Origin: a virus
Lineage: Duplodnaviria; Caudoviricetes
Length of the DNA stretch: 53,823 bases
Strand: one strand, 5' to 3'
Virus record (IMG/VR): IMGVR_UViG_3300044453_000313
Span: 1 to 53,823 of that record
Below are positions 17,415 to 25,160 of the stretch, piece after piece. Under the pieces are notes generated by a model, which was not told the DNA's origin, did not search any database, and worked only from the letters and a program-made list of their open reading frames with translations. A program made the translations under genes and the position numbers. Positions within the stretch are counted from its first letter, which is position 1, and every line of letters begins with the position of its first letter.

Positions 17415-18745
17415 TGCTTTACGGCAGCGTCTGTTCCGGCATCGAGGCGGCGACGGTGGCCTGGCATCCGCTCGGCTGGAAACCGGCGTTTTTTTCCGAA
17501 ATCGAGCCGTTCCCCTGTGCCGTGCTGGCGCATCACTATCCGGACATTCCGAACCACGGCGACATGACGCAATTCGAAAGGTGGCCCGCACATGCAATTC
17601 GGCTTCTCGTTGGAGGAACCCCCTGTCAGGACTATTCCGTCGCGGGACTGCGTCTCGGCATGGCTGGCGGCCGGGGTCAGCTCACCCTTGTCTTTGTCGA
17701 AATTCTTGGCAGATACCGCCCCGCCTGGTTTGTCTGGGAGAACGTCCCCGGTGTTCTTTCAAGCAACGAGGGACGAGACTTCGGCCGCTTTCTGGGCGAA
17801 CTCACGGGCCACGGCATCGAGCCGCCCGCCGGCGGCTGGAAAAACGCCGGCATCGTCACCGGCGGACCCGACAGCTACGGCGTCGCCTGGCGTGTGCTTG
17901 ACGCTCAGTTTACCCGAACACGCCTCTTCCCTGCCGCCGTCCCGCAACGGCGGCGCCGTGTGTTCGTTGTTGGATATCTTGGAGACTGGCGCCCCGCCGC
18001 GGCGGTACTTCTTGACGGCGAAAGCCTGCGCGGGGATCCTCCGCCGCGCCGGGAACAGGGGCAAGGAATTGCCGGAACTCTTAATGCACGCTCTGAGGGC
18101 GGTGGCGGACTTGGAACCGATTTCGAGCTAGGCGGCGGCCTGGTGCCGGAGGTTGCGAACCCGCTGACGGCCCGCATGCACAAGGGCGTCAACACGACCA
18201 TGGACGAGGGGCAAACCATGGTCGCGCACACGCTCAAGGCCGAGGGATTCGACGCCTCGGAGGACGGCAGCGGACACGCGGCGGTCGCTTACGGTTTGCT
18301 GTCGGATGCCAGCAGGGACGGAAGCGCCAAGACCCCAAGCGCGGACGCGGAAGGGCGGGTCCGCCTGCGCGATCCCGGCCTCGGTGTTTCGGAAGGCATC
18401 AGCCCGACCTTGGACAGTTCGGGGCCGCATGCCGTCGCAAGCGCCCTGCAGGTCCGCCGCCTGACCCCGCGCGAATGCGAGCGCCTGCAGGCCTTCCCCG
18501 ACGATTACACCCGCATTCCGGGCGCGGCCTCCGGCGGCTGGCGCGACATCGACGAGGACGAGGACCTTGACGAACTGCGCACCCTCGGCCTGCCGCTGAA
18601 ACTCAGGGGCAACCGCTGGCGGGTGCAGGACCCCGACGGCCCCCGTTACAAGGCGCTCGGCAATTCCATGGCCGTCAACGTCATGCAGTTGCTCGGCGAG
18701 CGCATCGACATGGTCGACCGGCTGATCAGAGAGGGCAAGTCATGA
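17414..18745 (+). CDS. DNA (cytosine-5) methyltransferase
   Basis: SVCSGIE (motif I), GGTPCQ (IV), WENV (VI), QRRRRVF (VIII), RRLTPRECERLQ (IX), ALGNS (X). Confidence 0.95.
   Translation: MLYGSVCSGIEAATVAWHPLGWKPAFFSEIEPFPCAVLAHHYPDIPNHGDMTQFERWPAHAIRLLVGGTPCQDYSVAGLRLGMAGGRGQLTLVFVEILGRYRPAWFVWENVPGVLSSNEGRDFGRFLGELTGHGIEPPAGGWKNAGIVTGGPDSYGVAWRVLDAQFTRTRLFPAAVPQRRRRVFVVGYLGDWRPAAAVLLDGESLRGDPPPRREQGQGIAGTLNARSEGGGGLGTDFELGGGLVPEVANPLTARMHKGVNTTMDEGQTMVAHTLKAEGFDASEDGSGHAAVAYGLLSDASRDGSAKTPSADAEGRVRLRDPGLGVSEGISPTLDSSGPHAVASALQVRRLTPRECERLQAFPDDYTRIPGAASGGWRDIDEDEDLDELRTLGLPLKLRGNRWRVQDPDGPRYKALGNSMAVNVMQLLGERIDMVDRLIREGKS
17592..18131 (+). CDS. Alternative-frame ORF nested in the C5 methyltransferase (M.EcoHK31I beta-like)
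   Basis: CSLLDILETG..PRRYFLTAKACAGILRRA..RGKELPE.L motif in a second frame; start uncertain. Confidence 0.5.
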   Translation: MQFGFSLEEPPVRTIPSRDCVSAWLAAGVSSPLSLSKFLADTAPPGLSGRTSPVFFQATRDETSAAFWANSRATASSRPPAAGKTPASSPADPTATASPGVCLTLSLPEHASSLPPSRNGGAVCSLLDILETGAPPRRYFLTAKACAGILRRAGNRGKELPELLMHALRAVADLEPISS

Positions 18746-19551
18746 ACCCGTACCTGCTGCCCGACGGCCATGTCAGCATCGCTTTCAGCGGCGGGCGCAC
18801 GAGCGCTTTCATGCTGCACCGGATCCTGGAAGCGAACGGCGGCCTGCCGGACCGCTGCGAGGTCACATTCCAGAACACCGGCCGCGAAATGCCGCAGACG
18901 CTCGATTTCGTGGCCGAGGTCGGGCGCCGCTGGGGCGTCGAAATCACCTGGCTCGAATACCGGGCGGAAAAGCCGCTTTTCGCGGTTGTCGGCTATCAGG
19001 GCGCCAGCCGCAACGGCGAACCCTTCGAGGCGCTGATCCGGCGCAAGAAGGCGGTGCCGAACGTCGCGCAGAAATGGTGTTCGGCCGAACTCAAGAGCCG
19101 GACCGCAAAGCGTTACCTGGTTGCCAAGGGCTGGCGGCGCTGGACCAATTTTGTCGGTTTCCGCGCGGACGAACCGCACCGGGACGCCTTTCCCGACAAC
19201 CGCGCGACCGCGGCACTGCCGCTGCGGCTGGCAGGAGTGACGCAGGACGATGTCGCCGCCTTCTGGCGCGCGCAGCCCTTCGACCTTGCCCTGCCGGTCG
19301 TCAACGGCGTCACCATCGGCGGAAACTGCGACGGCTGTTTCCTGAAGTCCGAACAGTACATTGCCGCGTTCTCGCGCGATTTCCCGGCCCTGGCGGGCTG
19401 GTGGGAACGCCTTGAGGACTTCACCGGCCACACGTTTTCCAAGCGCTACAGCCGGCGCGACCTGCGCGAGTTCATCGAGCGGCAGGGCGACTGGATGCTG
19501 TCGGCCGAGGGTGCGCTTTGCCAGAAGGAAGAGGGGGAGTGCTGCACATGA
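18742..19551 (+). CDS. PAPS-reductase / adenine-nucleotide alpha-hydrolase family protein
   Basis: PP-loop AFSGGRTS, FQNTGRE, CSAELK, GFRADE, NCDGCFLK. Confidence 0.8.
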   Translation: MNPYLLPDGHVSIAFSGGRTSAFMLHRILEANGGLPDRCEVTFQNTGREMPQTLDFVAEVGRRWGVEITWLEYRAEKPLFAVVGYQGASRNGEPFEALIRRKKAVPNVAQKWCSAELKSRTAKRYLVAKGWRRWTNFVGFRADEPHRDAFPDNRATAALPLRLAGVTQDDVAAFWRAQPFDLALPVVNGVTIGGNCDGCFLKSEQYIAAFSRDFPALAGWWERLEDFTGHTFSKRYSRRDLREFIERQGDWMLSAEGALCQKEEGECCT

Positions 19552-19874
19552 GCGACAGGGCCGAAAACCACGTTCTGGAGCGCCTGGCCGCGCGCGGCGT
19601 TCCCGACCCGAGCAGGCGCCGCACCGTGCTGATGGCGCTTGCCGGGGCGCATATCGACGGACCGTTCCAGATCGACACCGGCGAGCTTGCCCGCAAGGCG
19701 GGCCTCGGACCGGTCGACCTGTGGTTCGTATTGATCGACCTGCACCGGCGCGACCTGGTGCATGTCAGCAATGTCGGCGGCCGCATGACCGTCGTCTTTC
19801 CCTTCGACCTTCCCCCCAAACACCCGGCCTATGTGTCCGCGTTGCCGGCAGCGAAAAAGGAGGCTGCTGAATGA
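19548..19874 (+). CDS. Hypothetical winged-HTH-like protein
   Basis: ATGA-coupled; ELARKAGL helix. Confidence 0.5.
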   Translation: MSDRAENHVLERLAARGVPDPSRRRTVLMALAGAHIDGPFQIDTGELARKAGLGPVDLWFVLIDLHRRDLVHVSNVGGRMTVVFPFDLPPKHPAYVSALPAAKKEAAE

Positions 19875-21181
19875 GCGAGCCAAGGCTATCTGTCATACCG
19901 GCAGCGGCCGCCACTGACCCCGAAATCAAGCCGCGCGACCTGCAACTGCTCTGCGTTCTCGGGCGGCACACGGACAAGGGCGGCTGGTGCCGCCGCAGTC
20001 AGGTGAAGATGGCGGCCGAAATGGGCTGTGCCCGGTCGACGGTGTTCTCCGCCGTCGAGCGCCTGGTGAAACGCGGCTATCTGGAGCGGCACCTCGTCGA
20101 GACGGATTCCGGCCGGGACAGCGCGCACCTTTACCGGGTCGTTCTGGATCCCGTCATCGCCAATCTTTCCGCTGTTCAGGCAGAGGAAACAATGGAGGAA
20201 AACGGCGCCGGCGACCCCTGCCGGTATATCGGCACCCCTGCCGGTATATCGGCACCCCCTGCCGGTCCAGAACCGGCACCCCCTGCCGGTCCAGAACCGG
20301 CACCCCCTGCCGGTCCAGAACCGGCACCCCCTGCCGGTCCAGAACCGGCACCTAGTATAACGACCCCTCTTAACGACCCCTCCTTAACGAAGAGAGAGAG
20401 CGCGGGCGCGGACGGGCCGGAAGAGGATTGTTCAACCGCCAGCCGCGATACCTGGAAACGCCGGTTCAGGAAGGCACACGCCGAATGGCCGACCTATGCC
20501 AGCGACAGCGCCGACCGGGCGGAGGCCGAATGGTTCGCCCTGAGCGAGGAAGACCGCACCGCGGCCGCCGATCTGTTGCAGGCCTATGTCCGGCATGTGA
20601 GGGGCACCGGCCGCAAGGCCTTCTGTGCCTTCGGCGTCTACCTGCACGACCGGCTGTGGACGCGGCTGCCGCCGGCGCTCGTCTCCAAGGGCGGTGCGCT
20701 GGAGGTGGCGGCCCCGTTCGGCAAACTCTGGTCGGCCGTGCGCTTCGCCGACCTGATGCGCCCGCCCTATGGAAAGCCGCCTGTTGTCACCGTGACGGAA
20801 GAGGAACTGATCGGGCGCGGCCTCTACACCCGCGAACGCCTGCTGCGCGACAAGCGGGCAAACACCGGATGGCCGAGGGTCAACGACATGCAGGACCATG
20901 CCCGGCGGGGCAGGGGCGTCACCGTGCCGCCCGAGCTTGAGCCGTTCGGCAACCTCTTCGAAATGATCCGCAAGGGGTCGGACCTGTGGCACGCCTGGAA
21001 GGACCTGCACGCGGAACGCGGCTGGCCCTGGTTCGCGCCCGACTGCCCCGAGTGGGTAGGCCTGCCGGCCGCGCCCGAGGATCCTGCGACCTACAACAGC
21101 CCGCTAGAGGCTGCACGGGCGGCGCTTGCCCGCTTCGAGACTGAGCACGCGACCATTGACCGGAAGGATGCGGCGGAATGA
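19871..21181 (+). CDS. Replication initiator (N-terminal HTH_36-like domain)
   Basis: CRRSQVKMAAEMGCARSTV...L...GYL; internal tandem repeats as in lambda O. Confidence 0.75.
   Translation: MSEPRLSVIPAAAATDPEIKPRDLQLLCVLGRHTDKGGWCRRSQVKMAAEMGCARSTVFSAVERLVKRGYLERHLVETDSGRDSAHLYRVVLDPVIANLSAVQAEETMEENGAGDPCRYIGTPAGISAPPAGPEPAPPAGPEPAPPAGPEPAPPAGPEPAPSITTPLNDPSLTKRESAGADGPEEDCSTASRDTWKRRFRKAHAEWPTYASDSADRAEAEWFALSEEDRTAAADLLQAYVRHVRGTGRKAFCAFGVYLHDRLWTRLPPALVSKGGALEVAAPFGKLWSAVRFADLMRPPYGKPPVVTVTEEELIGRGLYTRERLLRDKRANTGWPRVNDMQDHARRGRGVTVPPELEPFGNLFEMIRKGSDLWHAWKDLHAERGWPWFAPDCPEWVGLPAAPEDPATYNSPLEAARAALARFETEHATIDRKDAAE
20214..20352 (+). repeat. Iteron-like tandem repeats (putative replication origin)
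   Basis: 2 x 20 bp ACCCCTGCCGGTATATCGGC followed by 4 x 24 bp ACCCCCTGCCGGTCCAGAACCGGC. Confidence 0.85.
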
Positions 21182-21768
21182 AGAGGAAAGACGAACACTC
21201 GGAAAAACTGACATCGGAGCTTGAGTTGCTTGTATCCTTCGTTCGTCGTTATCCACTGAAATGGATCATCGTCTATTGCGACCCGCAGTGCGAACGGCGG
21301 GCCTTTCGCGGGCTGATGGAAAAGGGCGTCATGGCCTGGCTGCCCGAACAGGAAATCGAGCGGCGGCACCCGAAGTCAAAGCGCAAGTTCACCGTCCGCA
21401 AACCGGTCTTTCCGCGTTACATCTTCGCCGGGCTTGACCCTCTGCAGTGCCAGTCCTTCGCCATGGTGACCGACTGCGACGGCGTCGAAGGTATTGTAAA
21501 GGCAGACGAAAACGAGGCGCCGGTGCTCTTCCCGATCGACGACCTTTGCCCGCTCATGCGGCGTATGCTGAGCGGCAGGAAGGTCAGCGACGGCGACCTA
21601 TTCAAGATCGGTGACCGCGTCAAGATCGTCGCCGGCGTGTTCTGCGGCTTCAAGCTGACGGTCGAACAGTATGACGAGCGGCGCGGCAAGATCCGCGGCG
21701 GCGTCGACATCTTCGGCCGCCAGACTCCGGTGGAACTGGAGGTTGACGAGGTCAAGCTTTCGGCGTAG
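21178..21768 (+). CDS. NusG-family transcription antiterminator paralogue
   Basis: NGN domain (WIIVY..P..E, PVFPRYIF, DGVEGIV) plus KOW (IGDRVKIVAGVFCG...IFGRQTPV). Confidence 0.85.
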   Translation: MKRKDEHSEKLTSELELLVSFVRRYPLKWIIVYCDPQCERRAFRGLMEKGVMAWLPEQEIERRHPKSKRKFTVRKPVFPRYIFAGLDPLQCQSFAMVTDCDGVEGIVKADENEAPVLFPIDDLCPLMRRMLSGRKVSDGDLFKIGDRVKIVAGVFCGFKLTVEQYDERRGKIRGGVDIFGRQTPVELEVDEVKLSA

Positions 21769-21945
21769 CAGATTCGGCAGGACGACTCTCTGAATCCCCC
21801 GGGCCTGATGCTGGCAACGACCAGACGCTAATAGGCGACCGGGGCAGGAACCCGGCCACACGTAAGCCGCCCCTCTGTCGGGTGCAGTGTCGGCGCGAAG
21901 GGTTCCTATGGCAAACGCATAGCGACCGACCCCGGTGAACGGAAA
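21769..21945 (+). ncRNA. Candidate structured late-leader RNA
   Basis: Nested complementary segments ACCGGGG/CCCCGGT, AGGAACCC/GGGTTCCT, CTGG/CCAG, CTATG/CATAG. Confidence 0.35.
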
Positions 21946-21950
21946 ACCCT

Positions 21951-21977
21951 GAAGGCCCGCAGCGATGCGGGCCTTTC
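21951..21977 (+). terminator. Hairpin terminator before the late operon
   Basis: AAGGCCCGCA-GCGA-TGCGGGCCTTT. Confidence 0.6.
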
Positions 21978-22038
21978 GCACATCGACCCGTCGGCCCCAT
22001 CGCCTCGACCTGTTTCACGGCCAGCGCGTGAAACACGC

Positions 22039-22100
22039 GGGTCCTTCCAGCGGAAAAATCTAAAGCGGGTCGGGCGGCAGCGCTTGGCGTGCGGGTTTTT
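22039..22100 (+). other. Putative cos site (cosQ/cosN-like)
   Basis: GGGTCCT (identical to lambda cosQ) at 22039-22045, then AAGCG-GGTCGGGCGGCAG-CGCTT and GCGGGTTTT, just upstream of terS. Confidence 0.6.
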
Positions 22101-22144
22101 GGTCGCCCGGGCGGGGTGGTTTTTTCATTGTTGTTGTTATTGTC

Positions 22145-22792
22145 ATGAAAGAGCTCACCGACAGCGATATCGAGCAGCTTTGCAAGCGCTATCCCCTGCC
22201 CGAAGGCATGCAGGATTGCGTGATGACGCGCGAGCAACTGGCCTACGCGCTCAACACGACGCTGAACTCGATCACCAGTTGGCTCAACAAGGGGATGCCG
22301 GCGCTCGTCGTCGGCGGGCAGGGCAGTGCCTACCAGCTTCAGCTTTCCGCCTGCTGGGCCTGGCGGCAGGCCTACAAGGCGGAAGAGGACCAGCGGGTCG
22401 ACTTCGCGAACGAAATGGCCGCCAAGATGCGCCTGCACCTGGTCGGCGGATCCTCCGGCGATTCCATCGAAGCGCTCGACCCGAAGTCGCGCAAGGAAAT
22501 CTATTCCGTCCAGATCGAGCACGAGCGCTTTCAGAAACAGCGCAACGAACTGCTGGAGCGGGCGGAGGTCCAAGACGCCTTTGCAATCACGTTCGGGATT
22601 ATCCGCGACGAAATGAACGCGGCGCCGGACGTCATCGAGCGCAAGAACGCCCTTGACCCGAAGTCGGTTCAGGACCTTGTCGACATCTGCGATACGCTGG
22701 TCGTGAAGTGCCGCGACGCGATCGAACGGTACTGGCAGAACCGTCCCGTAAAGGAAGCCGTCGAGGAAAAGCGGGACCTCTTCGATGCATGA
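22145..22792 (+). CDS. terS: Terminase small subunit (gpNu1/DUF1441-like)
   Basis: N-terminal wHTH with W...GMP, followed by coiled coil; overlaps the terL start. Confidence 0.85.
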   Translation: MKELTDSDIEQLCKRYPLPEGMQDCVMTREQLAYALNTTLNSITSWLNKGMPALVVGGQGSAYQLQLSACWAWRQAYKAEEDQRVDFANEMAAKMRLHLVGGSSGDSIEALDPKSRKEIYSVQIEHERFQKQRNELLERAEVQDAFAITFGIIRDEMNAAPDVIERKNALDPKSVQDLVDICDTLVVKCRDAIERYWQNRPVKEAVEEKRDLFDA

Positions 22793-24926
22793 CGCGCAGG
22801 CCTGGAGGCGGTTTCTTCCGGACTTGCCGACCCCGCAATTCGCGGATCCGTGGCGGGACGCCATCCAGCCGGCGCTGCGGGTCCTGAACCCGAACCGCCG
22901 CATCGACGTCGCAAGCTGGGCGGAGGAAAACCGCAAGGTTTCGACGGCGTCGGGGCTGCAGAGGTGGCGCAACGATTTCGCGCCCTACATGACCGAGCCG
23001 TCGCGGATGGCGACGTCGCGGCGATACCGGGCCTGCGCCTTCTGCGGCCCGGCGCGCACGGTGAAGTCGGAAAGCCTGGTGCTGAACACGATCGGGCACC
23101 GCATCGACTGCAACCCGCGCGACATGCTGGTCGTCTGCTCGACCAAGGACACGGCCAAGCAGTTTTCCGAGCGCAAACTGGCGCCGATGCTGCGGGACAA
23201 CCCGGGCCTGGGCGGCAAGCAGATGTCCGGACGCGGCGCGGACAACATCCACGAAAAGCTTTTTGCGGGTGACATGAACCTGCAAATCCGCTGGCCGGTC
23301 ATCGGCTACTTTTCGCAGAACGAGTATTTCGACGTCATCCTGACCGACCTGGACCGCATGACGGAAGACGTCGACGGCGAGGGGGCGCCGTTTCTCCTGG
23401 CGCTGAAGCGCGTCCAGCACGCCGGCAGTCAGGGCATGGTCATCGCCGAATCGTCGCCCGGATTCGTGGTGACCGTCGACGACTTCGAACCGGGCACCCT
23501 GCACGAAATGCCGCCTTGCGACGGCGGTATCGTGCCGATCTACAACACCGGCACGCGCGGCGGGTGGTACTGGACCTGCCCGCACTGCCACGACCCTTTC
23601 CGGCCGTTGTTCGAGCGGCTGCATTACGAGCGCAAGGCAACGCCCGGCGAAAGCGCCCGCACGGTCGAAATGGTCTGCCCGAACGGCTGCTGCATCGGTC
23701 CGGACCGCAAGCACGACCTGAACCGGGACGGGTTCTGGCTGCACGAGACCGGCGACGGGCAAAGCGTCGTCCCGATCGACGACGAGGACGTGCGCGACAC
23801 AGACGTCGTTTCCTACGCCATGGAGGGACCGGCGGCCGCCCTGCAGACCTGGGCCGAGCTTGTGCGGGTCAATGAACAGGCGCTGCAGACGCTCGCCAAG
23901 ACCAACAGCGACAAGGACCTGAAGACAACGGTCTTTCAGGACCAAGGCCGCCCCTATCGCCCGCGGGTGCGGGAACTTGGCGAGGCGCTGTCGGCCGAAA
24001 CGCTGAAGGCGCTGGCCGAACCCTATCCGATGAAGATTGCGCCGGGTGCAACGCGGTTCATCACGGTGCAGGCGGACGTCCAGCCGAACCGCTTTGTCGT
24101 GCAGGTCGATGCCTGGGGCGTCGGCCTGGAGCGCTGGCTGATCGACCGTTTCGACATCCACGAGCCACCGGAAGACGCGCCGGGCGCCGGCGAGCGGGCG
24201 ATCGACACGGCGCGTTACTATGAGGACTGGAAGGTTCTGACCGCGCTGCTGACAAAGTCCTATCCCGTGGCGGGAACGGGTTTTGCGCTTCTGCCGCGCG
24301 CCATCATCGTCGACCTGCACGGCGCCAAGGGAACGACGGATCATGCGTATCACTGGTGGCGCAGCAACCGGAAGCACGGCAACAAGGACCGCTGCTACAT
24401 CCAGCGCGGCCGGGGCGGCCCCGACGTCGAGCGCGCGGTCTACAAGAGCCCGGAGAAGGTGCAAGGCTCCAAGCGCCGGCGCAAGACCGACCTGATGATC
24501 GTTCAGACCGGCACGGATCCCCTCAAGGACGAGGTGATCATGTCGCTCACGCGCAAGGAGCCGGGACCGGGCAAGTACCATCTGCCGGAAACCCTGCCGG
24601 ACAACATCTTCGACGAGTTCGCCGCCGAAGTGCGGACCGATGACGGGTGGCGTCTCCGCAAGAGTGGCCTGCGGAACGAAGCGCTTGACCTGGCGGTCTA
24701 CGGCAAATCGCTGGCGATCGTCCTGAAGGCGGAAAGCTTCTGGGAAAAGCGCACGCCGTCCTGGGCACTGCCGATGGACAGCAACGATTACGCGGTGCCG
24801 ATCGAGGCCGCGATTTCCAACGAGGAACCGGAATCAGAAACGTCGGACAACGCGGAGCCGCCGGCAAGGGTCGAACCTCGATCCACACCGCGTCCGCGGG
24901 GCCGTCGCAGCGGTTGGATGGGGTGA
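22785..24926 (+). CDS. terL: Terminase large subunit (GpA family)
   Basis: PYMTEP, GPARTVKS, DLDR, ESSP, CPHC, ADVQ, RNEALDL. Confidence 0.95.
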   Translation: MHDAQAWRRFLPDLPTPQFADPWRDAIQPALRVLNPNRRIDVASWAEENRKVSTASGLQRWRNDFAPYMTEPSRMATSRRYRACAFCGPARTVKSESLVLNTIGHRIDCNPRDMLVVCSTKDTAKQFSERKLAPMLRDNPGLGGKQMSGRGADNIHEKLFAGDMNLQIRWPVIGYFSQNEYFDVILTDLDRMTEDVDGEGAPFLLALKRVQHAGSQGMVIAESSPGFVVTVDDFEPGTLHEMPPCDGGIVPIYNTGTRGGWYWTCPHCHDPFRPLFERLHYERKATPGESARTVEMVCPNGCCIGPDRKHDLNRDGFWLHETGDGQSVVPIDDEDVRDTDVVSYAMEGPAAALQTWAELVRVNEQALQTLAKTNSDKDLKTTVFQDQGRPYRPRVRELGEALSAETLKALAEPYPMKIAPGATRFITVQADVQPNRFVVQVDAWGVGLERWLIDRFDIHEPPEDAPGAGERAIDTARYYEDWKVLTALLTKSYPVAGTGFALLPRAIIVDLHGAKGTTDHAYHWWRSNRKHGNKDRCYIQRGRGGPDVERAVYKSPEKVQGSKRRRKTDLMIVQTGTDPLKDEVIMSLTRKEPGPGKYHLPETLPDNIFDEFAAEVRTDDGWRLRKSGLRNEALDLAVYGKSLAIVLKAESFWEKRTPSWALPMDSNDYAVPIEAAISNEEPESETSDNAEPPARVEPRSTPRPRGRRSGWMG

Positions 24927-24935
24927 GGTCGGACT

Positions 24936-25157
24936 ATGCCGGAAACTGTTGAATCGCTCGAAGCGCAACTGACAGCCCTCAAGAAGGCGAAGCGCGCCGG
25001 CGTCCTGAAGGTCGAGCATGACGGCAAGGCGACGACGTTTCGGTCGCTGAAGGATATGGACGTGATCATTCAGGACCTGAAAAAGGAAATCGCCACCCTT
25101 AACGGCGAGACGAGGGTCCGGACGCATTTCGCGTTTCAGTCCGGAAAGGGGCTCTGA
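24936..25157 (+). CDS. gpW-like head completion protein
   Basis: 73 aa between terL and portal; GVLKVEHDGK..TFRS. Confidence 0.8.
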   Translation: MPETVESLEAQLTALKKAKRAGVLKVEHDGKATTFRSLKDMDVIIQDLKKEIATLNGETRVRTHFAFQSGKGL

Positions 25158-25160
25158 TCC

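Noticed and set aside
11897-18745. Restriction-modification system
   Set aside because: No recognisable endonuclease next to either methyltransferase
18742-19551. Sulfate-assimilation auxiliary metabolic gene (cysH)
   Set aside because: No other sulfur genes; the context is DNA methyltransferases, so a metabolic role is unsupported
20214-20352. CRISPR array
   Set aside because: Repeats are contiguous without unique spacers, lie inside a CDS, and no cas genes are present
23040-23075. Terminase inactivated by atypical Walker A (GPARTVKS)
   Set aside because: GpA-family Walker A motifs are known to deviate and the ORF is otherwise intact; inactivity cannot be inferred
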